Positions 18,421 through 35,020 of a stretch of 64,000 nucleotides of DNA are shown here, one piece after another; positions within the stretch are counted from its first letter, which is position 1; the number at the start of each line of letters is the position of its first letter. The stretch lies in NCBI RefSeq assembly GCF_009914755.1, contig NC_060926.1. One strand, written 5' to 3'. The notes below the pieces were generated by a model. It was not told the origin of the DNA. It was given only the letters and a program-made list of their open reading frames with translations, and searched no databases. This stretch comes from the human T2T-CHM13v2.0 reference genome, Homo sapiens. The position numbers were made by a program, and so were the translations under genes.

Positions 18421-19430
18421 TTCTCTATTTTCTACCTTGAAATTAATAAGTATGTGGGATACTTTGAGACTATGTAAATATATTGTTGCTCATACTTTCC
18501 TCCACTAGTTTTAGCATCTACTGATGATGACTCTTACTTGAAACAGTTATGGTGGTTTTTTTTCTTTTTAAATTTTATTTTGAATTAATTTACATTTACA
18601 AAAATTGTAAAAATAGTACACCCTTCACCCCAAATGTTAACATCTTACACAATCATAATATAATAATTGTACTGTGTATAGAAAACAGGAAATTAACTTT
18701 GATGCAATATTGTTATTATTATTATTTTGAAGACAGAGTCGCACTCTGTCACCCATGCTGGAGTGCAGTGGTGCGATCATAGCTCATATTAACCTCAAAC
18801 TCCCAGGCTCAAACAGTCCTCCTGTGTCAGTCTCTCTAGTAGCTAGGACTACAGGTACACATCACCACACCTGGCTAATTAAAAATTTTTTTGTGTGTGG
18901 TGACAGGGTCTCGCTATGTTCCCCAGGCTGGTCTCGAACTCCTGTCCTCAAGTGATCCTCCTGCCTCAGCCTCCCTCCTCAAGCAAACTCTTGTCCTCAA
19001 GTGATCCTCCTGCCTCAGCCCCAAATGTGCACAATCGTGGCTCACTGCAGCCTTGACTTTTGGGCTCAGGTGATTCTCCCACCTCAGCCTCCCAAGTAGC
19101 TGAAACTATAGGCACGCACCACCATGCTCAGCTAATTTTTTGTAATTTTTTGGGGAGAGATGGGGTTTCACCATGTTGTCTAGGCTGGTCTCGAACTCAT
19201 GAGCTCAAGTGATCTACCCACCTTGTCCTCTTAAAATGCTGGGATTTACAGGCATGAGCCCCAGCCCGATACAATATTATTAACTGATTTACAGACCTTA
19301 TTTAAATTTTGCCAATTTCCCAACTAATGTCCTTCAAAGCAAAAGAAAAAAGTTCTAAATTTTGCCAGACACCTCACTGTTCTTACTTTGGTCCAGAATC
19401 CCTCATCGTGTTTAGTTGTCATGGCTTTCT
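18421..19430 (-). mobile_element. L1MC-like fragments with two AluJ inserts (~18710-19020, ~19030-19267)
   Basis: AATTAATAAGTATGTGGGATACTTTGAGACTATGTAAATAT; CCAAATGTTAACATCTTAC; AluJ reverse-complement sequence. Confidence 0.75.
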
Positions 19431-19535
19431 TATGTGATGAGCAGAGATTAACAGATGATCATCTTTATCCATGTGACCAACAAGACCAAAAAGGGATAAT
19501 TCCTCAGTCTTTCTTTTTATGACAAATGGTCGTTA

Positions 19536-20071
<536 letters not shown>

Positions 20072-23000
20072 GAATCCATTACTATCATTAGTTATTTTGA
20101 TGCTACATTATCCTAGATTTGACCAGTGAGAGCCTTTCCAGCAGGTTTTTATTGACTGAATATGTCTCCTGGTAAAAATGGGATTGTTTTACATTATTGG
20201 TAACATTTAATTAAAAGCCACATGGAATATGGCTTTCTCTATCAACTGAGTATCTTAAAGATACTTAAAATATTTGTATCATTGTTAGGGTCCGAAAAAG
20301 CAAAGATTACTGATCATATATTGCCGGTAGCTCATATCTAGATTATCCTATGTCTCATGCCCATCACTGAGAACATTATGTCATCACCAGCATCACTTTA
20401 TTAATGTTTAATTTGGGCAGATACTCAGTATCTTCAGTTTTCAGATTTGAGAAAAAACTTATATAATCAGCATTTAGTTATTAATATTTTCTTGCTTGTT
20501 AAGTGCCTTTACTAATGCCAGTGCTTGTGAAACTAGGTTAACACTATATTTGGGTTGAAACTGATAGTTTACTCATGTAACAGAAGTATCTCTCATAAAG
20601 ACTTCTACTCCTTTTGGGAGGGAGATGTGAGAGTGGGGGCAGAAACAGTGTCTTAGAAAATCAAAACCGTGTACCTAGTGTCTAGCATTATGTTTGTCAC
20701 ACTTAATACTCAGTAAATATTTGTTGAATAAATGAATAATACCCAAGGAAGGGCCCACCTTCCCATTTCTTTTATTTTCAATTCTTTTAGATGATTTTTA
20801 AACAGTCATTTTTCATATGTGGGCCATTTTTGTTTGTCACATTTTACTGCCTAAATATCTAAAATTATCAAAGCCTTTCCAAATTGTCTTCTGTGGAAAA
20901 ATATGTGGGTTGAAATTTTCAAAAAGGGGTAGAGATTTCATCTACAAAAATTAAATTGCTTTCTTTTTTGGACTTAGCTCACAGAGCCTTTAATATGTTA
21001 ACTACATACCATGAATCTCTTAGAGATGGGAGAATACCCAACATTTTTGAAATTTATTAATGATAATAACCTATTTTTCTCAGTTTCTAAGAGACTATAG
21101 GAAATGCTTATCTGATTTTTTAAAAACCTGCTTAACTCTCTTTAGGCTTATTTCTTTGTTAATATTTGATATTATTTTGTCACTTTTGGACCACTTGATA
21201 TGCCCCAAATGAATTTTCTTTCTCACTAACCTGGACAGCCTTTTCTCAGCTAAATATGGCATGTCCTAAGAAGTCCATTGATTGCCCAAAAAGCTGATCC
21301 CATGGATTAGAAATAGCCTTAAGAAGATTACTCATCTAAACATTTGCCACACATTTATCAGAGAAATTTAATGCAATTTTTCTAAGTCATCTAAATTCTT
21401 TGTAAGCCATTCTGTACACCTTGGTAGGAGATGTTTCATATTTGTAGAAATTTCAAATATTCAAAGAATGTTGAGTCAGTCTCTCAATTGGCAAAATTAT
21501 ACAGAGTAAGAAAAATGTCCATAGAAATAGAACCAAGAGAAGTCTATATAAATAGTAGTGCGAAGAAGAGTGAATTCCTTTGTAGCTGTAACATCACATT
21601 TTTTGCATGTTGCACACATTGTTTAGCCATTTCTGAACACATTTCCATTTACGTCATTTGTAAAAACTGCCTAGCCTCATATTCTGGAAAACTGACAAAA
21701 TTTGTAATGAACAGATGCAGATTCCATAATTGTAATTGGCCTTTATTCTAAACTAATTTTTGGTTCATGCATTGTTAATGATTTCTATTTTTCTCCATTT
21801 TTACCTTAAAATTGGAAAGAGTATATTTTAGAGGGAAACATTTTTTGTTGACTTTTAAAAATCAAGACTTACTACATTATGACCTGTAGGTTCTCCAATT
21901 ACCTATATTTAAATCTAGAATTTTAAGGGTGCCCTTTTAATATTTCCTGTTATACTTAGTTTTACATAATCTTTTAAATTTTTCTTTTATAATTCCCAGA
22001 TAAACACATCAGTTTTAAATGAAACCCCTTTTTAATTTTTTTCTATAATTAATACTATCTTGTTTTTAAATAATATATAGATCATTTAGAATATAAAAGA
22101 TTATAAAGAATTTATTTTATCTATTTTATGTTTTTACAATTCAAGTCTTTCTTAAAGTGAATAATAAATATTAGTAGAGCCTCAAACAGAAAGAAAAAGA
22201 TATATTCTCATATTGTTTTATTATTGTATGATTTTCTAACAATGCCATTTAAAAGACTGACTTTCCAAAGCAGGACTAATTCAGGTGAATCTCTGATTGT
22301 CTTAAAGGGACTATATGATCTGGCTGCAAGCATAATGCATGTAGCGTTTTTAAATAAGATGAGATAAACCTGAAAATTTCTGATCTTTGAACAGCTCCTA
22401 TGACAGCTTCTGACTAGTGCCAAATTTTGTCAAATGAATGGGGAACATGATATTTATTAATGAAGGAATGGGTTTTTAAAATAATTTTTTTTAGTGTTTA
22501 TACATCCTTTTTATTAAAGTATGAAATACAGAGCAAGTGTTTTGGCATATTGTTGCTTGTTATAAGGAAGATTTAATAGCTTGTTTTGGACTATTAATAT
22601 GAAGAGAAGTCATTTGGAGTTCAGACATATATTTAGAACTAGCACGTGTGCAAAAAGATACAAAGTGAATCAAGAAATTCTGGAAAAGATAGTTTGAAGA
22701 AAAGAAGTTGCTATTTTCAAGCTAACATTGGTAAAGTAAATATCGAAAAGATAATTAAATATTTTCTTTATTTTGAATATTTTATTAAGGATCCCAAATA
22801 GAAACTTAGAATTGACAGAATTAAATCAGTGAAAGTATGAAACTCGTTTTCTAAAATAATAGGTACATAAATATAATTTTCAAATGGAGTCTAGGAAACC
22901 CAAAATGCTTACTGCAGTTAGGTATAGGAGATGATTACAAACTTAACAGCTGTCTGAGTTTAGTAACACAAAGCTATTTGTTACTGCTTGTAGCAAATTT

Positions 23001-23606
23001 AGTTATGTTATATAAATTAGTTTTCTCTGATTTTGAAAATGTCTTTATCATGATTTTTGCATGAAGAGAAAATCTTCACATTTCACATACTTTTTCAGCA
23101 AATATTAATAGGAATTCAATGACTTGTTCTTTAACTTTTAATTTGTTGATCAAAAGATGTGTATAATATTAAAAAATACATGCCAAGTAGGTTTGCTGCA
23201 TGAATTTTACAGCATATAATAAATGAAAACCCTGGTGACCTTTTGGCCTTGTTGGTCACATGCATGAAGATGATTATCTGTTAATCTCTGCTAATCACTA
23301 GTACATCCTTTTACAGAAGACAGAACAGTTTTTGGTTGTGTTTCATTTGCTCTTTTGAAAAGTGCTTTAACAAGAAACTTTAGGAAATCATTTAATATTG
23401 TAAGATTATAAAATAATGGATATTTTCTATCTAAAGATGGTAAATTTAAAATGAGAATTAGAATTCTATACAGGAGTAATATTGAAAAAAAATTCAACAT
23501 GTATATGTCTCCATATTTTATTTGGGTATTTTTATGGGTTTGTTTTAGATGCCAATAATAGTTTTTTGAATGTCATAGACTTGAATGACTCTGTTAGACT
23601 TGTTGA

Positions 23607-23635
23607 TACACACACACACACACACACACACACAC
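23607..23635. repeat. (CA)n microsatellite
   Basis: About 14 CA units. Confidence 0.95.
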
Positions 23636-23729
23636 GGCTATCTCTCACACACTTTCACATATGCAGTGCATTATTGTTATAACTGTAAAATTTTAAAAAC
23701 TGTCAGAGAAAAACAGTGCCTCTCATACT

Positions 23730-24015
23730 TTGATATATGTATGATTTACCTAGGACCTTGTTAAAATCTAGATTCTAAGTCAATAGTTCTAGGGTAGGTT
23801 TTGAGAGTCTGGAATTATAGCAAGTTCCCAAATCATGACTATTCTGCTACTCCAGGGTCAGAAAACTTTTTCTATTAAGGATCAGGTAGTAATATTTTAA
23901 TATTTTAGGCTTTGCAGGACAAGAAGCAAAATCAAGGATATTCTGTAGGATATTTCCTACATTATAGGATAAAGAAACAAATGTCCACAAATTTTTTTAT
24001 TGATGAAATCCAAGA
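23730..24015. mobile_element. hAT-Charlie fossils: MER5-like (~23730-23850) and MER58-like (~23853-24015)
   Basis: CTTGTTAAAATCTAGATTC...CTAGGGTAGG; CAGGGTCAGAAAACTTTTTCT...ATATTTTAGGCTTTGCAGG. Confidence 0.65.
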
Positions 24016-24039
24016 AATAATTGAGAAATTTTTCATGGT

Positions 24040-24686
24040 ATAGCTGTATACACTACTTAATAAAAAGGAATGATCTGATACACACAACAACAGAATGAAT
24101 CTCAAAAACATTATGCTGAGTGAAAGAGACCTTACACAGAAACTACATACTATGTGATTCCATTTATATGAAGCTCTAGAAAATACAAACTGGGCCACGC
24201 ACAATGCCTAATGCCTGTAATCCCAGCACTTTGGGAGGCTGAGGAGGAAGAATCACTTGAGGCCCAGAGTTCAAGACCAGCCTGGGCAACATAGCGAGAC
24301 CCCTGTCCCTGTCAGTGCACAGAAAATAAAAAAATGTATGTGGGCATAATGGTGCATGCCTGTAGTCCCAGTTACTTGGGAGGCTGAGGCAGGGGTATGG
24401 TGTGAGCCCAGGAGATTGAGGTTACAGTGAGCTATGATCATGCGACTGTACTCCAGCCTAAGTGGCAGAGCAAGACCCCCTGTCTCTTCAAAAGAAAAGG
24501 AAGAAAGAAAATACAAACTAAAAAACAATAACAGAAAGCTGATGATGGTTATATGGAGACAGGAGTGAAGGGATGGACTGACTACAAAGGAACCTGAAGG
24601 AACTGTTTGGATGATGGAAATGTTCTGTATGCTGGTTGTGGTAGTGGTTATGCAGGTGTATATGTCCTTCAAAACTTATTGAACTT
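24040..24686 (+). mobile_element. L1ME/MD 3' fragment with AluJ (24190-24515)
   Basis: ATGAATCTCAAAAACATTATGCTGAGTGAAAGA; GATGGAAATGTTCTGTAT. Confidence 0.8.
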
Positions 24687-24904
24687 GGGAAAGCCAGCTG
24701 ACATGTTGTGAGGACACTCAAGCAGCCCTGTGGAGAGATTTTAGGTTCCAAAATGGTGTAGAAGCAAGTTGGCTTCACTCCCCTTCACAGAAAACCACAA
24801 ACAAGAGAGCACCGAGATCATCACCAGCAATATCCCAGCACTCAAATATTAAGATAAAACAGTTTGTAGAATCACAGGGAAATCAAGAACAAAATCTTTG
24901 AGCA

Positions 24905-26220
<1,316 letters not shown>

Positions 26221-27214
26221 TTTGAGTAGATAGTAATAGAATTGGACTTCCATATCTTCAGTGCCCTTCCCCACAATCGGTCCAGCACCAGGCATGTGGA
26301 ACATTTCTCCTCCTGACTCATGGTTTCTACACTGGAAAAAGTGAGGTTGAGATGGATAACCAGCTTCCCCACCGTCTTGGGTTCCTGACAGGAGACCTGT
26401 CCCTGCTTCAACCCACAGGAAGCATTGGGAGTGTGTGAAGGAAGAAATATTCCTGAGGACAGCCAGAGACAAAGCAGGGAGGTGGGACTATCATCCCCAG
26501 CCATGGAAACTCTGCTCTGTTACTCCACCAAAGGAGATGCCAAATCAATCAGTGTGGCCTTTCAGTGGCACCATGCTGTAGGAGGTTTGTTCCATCGTTC
26601 CCGTGGGCAAAAACCCCTAGCCAGACTTTCTACACGTTACTGGAATATCTCCTGCAGGACCTTCCCAATTTGGGATGGGGAACACTCTGATTGTTTACTA
26701 GAAATGAGGCAAATCTGTGCTTAAGGTACCATTTAGTGCCAAAAAAGAGTCTACAACCTAGCAGTGGAAAAAAAAAGTAAATTGCAAAGAATCTCTAAGT
26801 AAAGGTATCTAATAAAAACCAAAACATGCCAGACAGAGAACACTGGCATAAATAACCTTCCATCCAAAGACGCAGACATACAGGAAGCAACAACAGAGAA
26901 CCTCCTCTAATGGATAAGGCAAGGAACCAGTGACTGACTTTAACAAGATGGTGATGTGTGAACTCTATGACTAATCATTCAAAATACAGTTTTAAAAAAA
27001 CTCAGTGATCTTCAAGATAATACAGAAAAGCAATTCAGAAACTTATGAGATAATTTAACAGAGAGATTGAAATAATTTTAAAAAATCAAATATTGGAACT
27101 GAGAAATATATTAGTTGAACTGCAAAATTCACTAGGAACTCTTAAGAGTAGACTGGATCATTCAGAGGAAAGGATCAGCAAGCTGTAAACAGGCTATTTG
27201 AAAATACACAGTCA

Positions 27215-27866
<652 letters not shown>

Positions 27867-28007
27867 TCAAAGACCAGGTTTAAGAATTACTGGTGTTTAA
27901 GAGGAAGCTGAGCAAGAGCAAGGGGTAGAAAGCTTTCAAAAAAAAACACTCACAGGAAATTTTCCAAAACTTGAGGAGATAAATATTCAGGTATTGAAAG
28001 GCCAGAG

Positions 28008-28287
<280 letters not shown>

Positions 28288-28887
28288 TCAGACACCCATG
28301 GATATAATAAACCCTCAAAGGTCAAGGATAAATGGAGGATCTTAAAAATAGCAAGAGAAAAGAAGAATATAACACATAAAGGAGGTTTAATTCATTGGGC
28401 AATAGACTTCTCAATAGAAATCAGGCCAGGAGGAAGTGTAGTGACATTTTCTAACTGCCATCCAATAATACTGTACCCAGCAAAGTTTTCCTTCAATTAT
28501 AAAGGAGAGATAAAGCCTTTCCCAGACAAATAAAAGCTGAGTAAATTCACCACCATCAGACTTATTTTACAAGAAATGCTAACTTCAATCTTAAAAAAAC
28601 CAAGCTAACACGTGAAAAGAAAGCATTGAAAAGTATAAAATCCACTGGTAAAATTAAATACACAGACAAACTTAGGATGTAATTGTGGTGTGAGATCCAC
28701 TCGTAACTCCAGTATGAAGGCCAAAAGACAAGTGTCTGGAAAACAATAATAGCTACAGCAACCTGTTAAGAGATAAGCAGTATAAAAATATGTAAACTGA
28801 GACAACATAAAGTCAAAATGTGGGAGGGTGGCGAGAATTTAAACGTAAAGTTTTTGTTTTGTTTTTAATTTTTGTTTTCACACTTTT

Positions 28888-28958
28888 CTTTGAGATCCAA
28901 AGTAAATATAAAATAAAATAACTTTGAGATCCAAAGTAAATATAAAATAAAATAACTT
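28888..28958. repeat. Perfect 34-bp tandem duplication
   Basis: CTTTGAGATCCAAAGTAAATATAAAATAAAATAA x2 followed by CTT. Confidence 0.95.
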
Positions 28959-29442
28959 GTCATATCTATAAGATGTTTTTTGTGAGCCTCACATAACCAC
29001 AATGCAAAAACCTGTAATAGATTCCCTAAAAATAAAAAGCAATGAATTAAACATACTAACAGAAGGAAAAATCACTTAACCACAGAGGAAGACAGGAAGA
29101 AAAGAAGAGAGGAGTTACAAATCAATGAGAAAATCAACAACAAATTGGCAATAGTAAGTCCTTATCAATAATAGCACTGAATATAAATGGACTCAATTTG
29201 CCAATTAAAAGTCATAGTGTCTAAATGGATAAAGAAACAAGATGCAACTATATGCTGCCTATGAGAAACCCAGTTCACCTATAAAGATGTACATAGACTG
29301 AAAGTGAAGGGATGGAAAAAAAGTATTCCATGAAACTGGAAACCAAAAAAGAGCGGGGGGAGCTAAATTTAGATAAAATAGACTACAAATCAAAGACTGT
29401 CAAAAGAGACAAAGAGGGTCACTATAAAATGACAAAGGGATC

Positions 29443-31881
29443 TGATATAGTTTTGACTCTGCCCAAATCTCATGTTGAATTATAATCTCCCATGCTGGCG
29501 GGGAGGCCTAGTGGAAAGGTTTGGATCATGGGTGCAGATCCCTCATGGCTTGGTACTGTTTTCATGCTAGTGAGTTCTTATGAGATCAGGGCATTTAGAA
29601 GTGTGTGTCACCTCCCCACTCAACTCTGTTTCTTGCTCCTGTTTCATTACGTGATATGCCTGCTCTCCCTTTGCCTTCTGCCATGATGGTAAGCTTCCCG
29701 AGGCTCCCCTAGAAGCCAAGCAGATGCTAGCATTGTGCTTCCTGTAAAGCCTGAAGAACCATCAGCCAATTAAATCTCTTTTCTCTATAAATTACCCAGT
29801 CTCAGCTATTTCTTTATAGCAGAACAGCCTAACACAGAAAATTGGTACCAGAAGTGGGGCTTTACTATAAAGGTACCTCAAAATGTGGAAACAACTTCAG
29901 AACTAGGTAACAGGTAGAGGTTGGAAGAGTTTGGAGGGCTCAGAAGAAGACAGGAAGATGAGGGAAAGTTTGGAACTTCTTAGACACTGATTAAATTTTT
30001 GTCACCAAAATTCTGAAAGTGATATGGACAATGAAGTCCAGGCTGCTAAGATCTCAGATGGAAATGAGGAACTTATTGGGAACTAAGGCAGTCATATGTG
30101 TTATGCCTTAGCAAAGAGCTTGACTGCATTCTGTTCATGCCGTAGGAATCTGTGGAAGTTTGGACTTCATAGTGATGATTTAGGGTATCTGGGAGAAGAA
30201 ATTTCTAAGCAGCAAAGGGTTCAAGATGTGGTCTTACTGCTTCTAACAGCCTATGCTCAGATGTAGGAGCAAAGGAATGACTGAAAGTTGGAACTTATAT
30301 TTAAAAGGGAAGCTGAGCATAAAAGTTTGAAAAATTTGCATGCTGGCCCTGTGGCAGAGAAAGAAAAAGCTTTTTCAGGAGAGGAATTCAAGCAGGCTGT
30401 GGAGCAACCACTTGCCAGTTATTCATGCAGCTAAAAGAGAGCCAAGTGCTAATATCAAAGACAATGAAGAAAAGGCCTCAAAGACATTTCAGAGACCTTC
30501 ACAGCAGCCCCTCCCATCACAGGCCCAGAGGCCTAGGAGGAAAGAATGGTTTTCTGGGCCAGGACCAGGGCTCTGCTGCTCTGCACAGCCTCAGGACAGT
30601 GCTCCCTGCATCCCAGCTACTCTGGCTTCAGCTTTGGTTCAAAGGGCCCCTGGTACAGCTCAGGGTGCTACTTCAGAGTATGCAAGCCATAACCCTTGGC
30701 AGCTTCCACATGTTGTTAAGCTTGTAGGCACATAGAGTGCAAGAGTGAATGAGGCTTGGCAACTTCTGCCTAGATTTTAGAGGCTGTATGAGAAACCCTG
30801 GGTGTCCCGGCAGAAGCCTGCTTCAGGGGCAGAGCCCTCATAGAGAACCTCTACTACAGCAGTGCCAAGGGGAAATGTGGGGTTGGAGCCCCCACACAGA
30901 GTCCCCAATGGGACACTGCCCAGTGATGCTGTGAGAAGGAGGCCATTGTCCTCCAGACCCCAGAATGGTAAATCCACCAGCAGCTTGCACCCTGAACCTG
31001 GAAAAGCTGCAGGCACTCAACACCAGCTCTTGAAAGCAGCCATGGGGGCTGAACCCTGCAAAGCCACAGAGGTGGAGCTCCCAAGGCCTTTGGAGCCCAC
31101 CCCTTGCACCAGTTTGCCTTGGATGTGGGATATGGAGTCACTGGAGATTATTTTGGAGCTTTAAGATTTAATGACTGCCCTGCAGCGTTATGAACTTCCG
31201 TGGAGCCTGTAGCTCCTTTCTTTTGGCTGATTTCTCCCTTTTAGAATGGGAATGTTTACTCAGTGCTTATACCTCCGATTGTATCTTGAAAGTAACTAAC
31301 TTGTTTTTAATTTACAGGCTAATAGGTAGATGGGATTTGCCTTGTCTCAGAAGAGACTTTGGACTTTTGCATTAATGCTGGAATGAATTAAGACTTTAGG
31401 GGACTATTGGGAATGCATACAAGGCGGGCTAGTATTTTGCAGTGTGAGACGGACATAAGATTTGGGAGAGGCCGGGGCAGAGTGATATAGTTTAGATATT
31501 TGTCCATGCCCAGATCTCACGTTGAATTGTAATCCCCAATGCTGGAGCGGGGGCCTGGTGGTAGGTGTTTGGCTCATAGGGGTGGATCCATGAAGGCCTG
31601 GTGCTGTCTTTGTGATAGTGAGCTCTCATGAGATCTAGTCATTTAAAAGTGTTCCTGCTCCTACTCTCTCTCTTGCTTCTGCTTCACCATGTGATGTACC
31701 TGTTCCCGTTTGCCTTCCACTATGTTTGTAAGCTTCTTGAGGCCTCCCTAGAAGCTGAACGGATGTCAACACTATGCTTCCTATAAAGCCTACAGAGCTG
31801 TGAGCCAATTAAACCTCTTTTCTTTGTAAATTATCCCACCTTGGGTATTTCTTTATAGCAGTGCAAGAACAGCCTAATACA
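29443..31881 (+). mobile_element. Complete MST (MSTA/B group) MaLR element: 5'LTR 29443-29836, internal region, 3'LTR 31483-31881
   Basis: Both LTRs run TGATATAG...TAAYACA; polypurine tract before the 3'LTR; 5-bp TSD GGATC/AGATC. Confidence 0.93.
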
Positions 31882-33339
31882 AGATCAATTTAGCAAGAGG
31901 ATATAATAATATATATGCACCCAACACCAGAGTTCCCAGGTATATAAAGGAAACATTAATAGATCTAAAGAGAAAGATAAATTGCAATACAACAATAATA
32001 GGGGACTTTAACACCCCACTATCATTAACGAACAGATCATCCAGATAGAAAATTAACAAACATCAAAGTTAAACTACACACTAGACCAAATTGGCTTAAC
32101 TGACCTTTACAGGACATTTCACCCAAATGCTGCAGAATACTCATTGTTTTCATCAACACATGGAAAATTCTCCAGAATGGACCATATCTTAGGCCATAAA
32201 ACAATCTCAACAAATTCAAAAATATTGAAATCATATCAAGTATCTTTTCTGACCACCATGGAATAAAACTAGAAATCAGTAAAAAAATGAATGTTAGAAA
32301 GTATGAAAACACATGGAAATTAAACAATATGCTCCTAAATGACCAAATGGTCAATGAAGAAATTAAGGAAATTAAAAAATTTCTTGAAATAAATGAAAAT
32401 GGAAACATAACATACCAAAATCTATGGGATACGGCAAAAGTAGTACTAAGAGGGAAGTTTATAACAATAAGATCCTATATCAAAAATGTAGAAAGACTTC
32501 AAATCAACAAACCAACAATGCACCTCATGGAACTAGAAAAGCAAGAACAAACTAAACTCAGAACTAGTAGAAAGAAAGAAATAATAGAGATCAGAGCAGA
32601 AATAAATGTAACTGAGACCAAAACAAAACAAAACAGTTCAGAAGCAGCCTTATGGAGAGGTCTATGTGGCTAGAAACTAAAGGCCAATAGCCAGCAGAGA
32701 ATTGGTGCCTTCTGCCAAGAGCCAGGTGAGTGAGCCATCTTAGATGCAAACCCCACTGCCTCATTCAAGCCTTCAGATGACTTTAGACCCTGGCTGACAG
32801 CTTAATTACAACTTCATAAGAAACTTGAAGCCAGAGTCACCCAACTAAGTCATTCCTGAATTCCTATTCAGAAAAACTGATTATAAAGCCAAAGACTAAA
32901 AAACTCTTCAAACTATTTGCTTTAAATGGATGTACTTTAGTTTCTTGTTTTAAAATTATACCTCAATAGAATGAATTTTTTAAAAGCTTGATTGAGACCA
33001 TGAGTGAAGAAAATATGTGAAATTACATTGTAAATTATAGATTGGCATTCAAATATGTTATTATCATTGTTTTAAGTACTTCCAGGGGTCCTTTATGTTA
33101 TGTTATAGTTATGGCAACTAATAATCTGCACCTCTTTCATCAGGAGACTATTTATTCTGAAGTTATACCTACCTGGCCAGTGTACATTTAAGTTAATATT
33201 AAGTAGTCATTGCTCTACATATATGTCTGGACTAATTTCTCCAGTAGAAGAGTGGGGACTTCTGAACTGTTTGCTTGAGAACTCAGGGTTTAAACATACT
33301 ATAGTTGCTACTTGACACTTTCAAAAATGGAGATAAATG

Positions 33340-35020
33340 AAGAAAGTATGATGGTATAATGTAACAAGTTTTGGACTTTATATCAAGGAAGCTAGGGTTC
33401 AGTCTCCACTCCAGCACAAATTCACAAAACTATCATGGAGAAATTACTCAAACTTCCCAGGATACTTTATAAATTTCTTCCTTTATAAAAGTGAAGTTAT
33501 TAGACTAGGTGGTCTTAACTTCAGAATCCTTGATTGTATGAATTAGAACCCTAAAGGATTAGGGGATTATAATATATAGCGTAAAATAGCATAAATACAG
33601 CGTTAAAAGATACTTTTGTTTCTGATCTTATATGAATCTATCTCTTAGGTACTATGAAACTTCAAAGATAGAAGTTTAAAGCTGGGAGCAGGCTCATGCC
33701 TATAATCCCAATGGCTTGGGTGGCTGAGGTGGGAGGATTACTTGAGGCCAGAAGTTCAATATGAGCCTGAGCAACATAGGCCCTGCCTCTAGAAATTTTT
33801 TTCTTAAAGTTTAGTGCTTTCCTATGACCCTAGTTTTAAAAACAAGTATATTTAAGAGTTTAACGACCTGAAAGTAGCATTGGAACATTGTAGTACCAAA
33901 AAAAGAAAAATAATATGATTTTTAGACACTTGAACTTCCTGTTTCTCCTTTTAGCCATTAAAACATTTTTAGTTCCCAAATTCTGAAATTATCTGAAGTT
34001 ATCTCTTAGATTACTAGATTTTTAGTCACAGTAAATAGGTACATGTGTCATAGGAATATATTTCTTTCTTAAATCTTCAAATAAAGATTTTAAAACAAAT
34101 GTTTTTATACTTTTTCAAATGCTTTTATTCTTTGGTTTTGCATTTCATACCAGAAAGCTAGCTTTCCCTGATATATAGTTACATAAGAGTAGTAATCAGT
34201 GATCAGTACACATAAAAATTATTTTAAAATTTAGCTCATTATTTTCAAATTGTGCTTTCCTACACTGACATTAGCCTATGCTTAGTGCAGCTTTGGGATC
34301 ATTTAGACCTAGATTCAAATCTCAGCTTTGTCACTTATCGGCCATATATAAGTTGTTCAAACTTTCTAAGCCTCAGTTTCATTTCTTTCTTTTTTCAAAA
34401 TGGAGTGAAAATATCTGTCTTATGAAATTGTTCATTAAGGATTAAGTGAGCAAACACAAAAGTGCCTAGCACTGATAAATTTTTCTTTTATTCCTAAAAG
34501 TTAGCAAATTTAACAGTGCACTATTAGACCCAACAATTGGGTTTTCGTTTTAGCCCATATGAAGAACTAGTAACAGAAAGAAGATCAGTTTGCTCTCTTA
34601 ATTTCCATCCTATTCCATTTGCACATAAAAGAATGGAAATAACCCACCCATTTCTTTGGCTTGATATATGGCTATTTTATATTTTTTCACATCGTTGGCA
34701 CTGAATAGTTTTCATACATGGATTATTAGGTAGTCAAATCATTTTTATAAGTATACAATTTTAAACTATTTCACTAGTGCTTAAATTATTTCCATTTATT
34801 CTAGCACTAGTAACTAAATTTATAAAATATTTAATGAAAAGGCAATAATGACACTTTGTCACCAGAAAGATGCAGGTTTGAATCCCAATACTGGATGTGA
34901 TCTTGGGCTAGCTGCATAATCTCTAAGCTTAAATTTCCTCGGCAATTAAATGATGATAATAATTATTTAGCATGGTACATGGAACATAAACACTCAAAAA
35001 AAGTTGTATATCATCATCAT
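33340..35020 (+). mobile_element. Scattered MIR fragments (~33340-33520, ~34280-34480, ~34850-35020) and a FLAM/AluJ monomer (33681-33795)
   Basis: For example GACCTAGATTCAAATCTCAGCTTTGTCACTTA...AGCCTCAGTTTC. Confidence 0.65.

Noticed and set aside
30340-31375. Cluster of 60-130-aa ORFs
   Set aside because: All lie within the MST internal region; degenerate MaLR sequence
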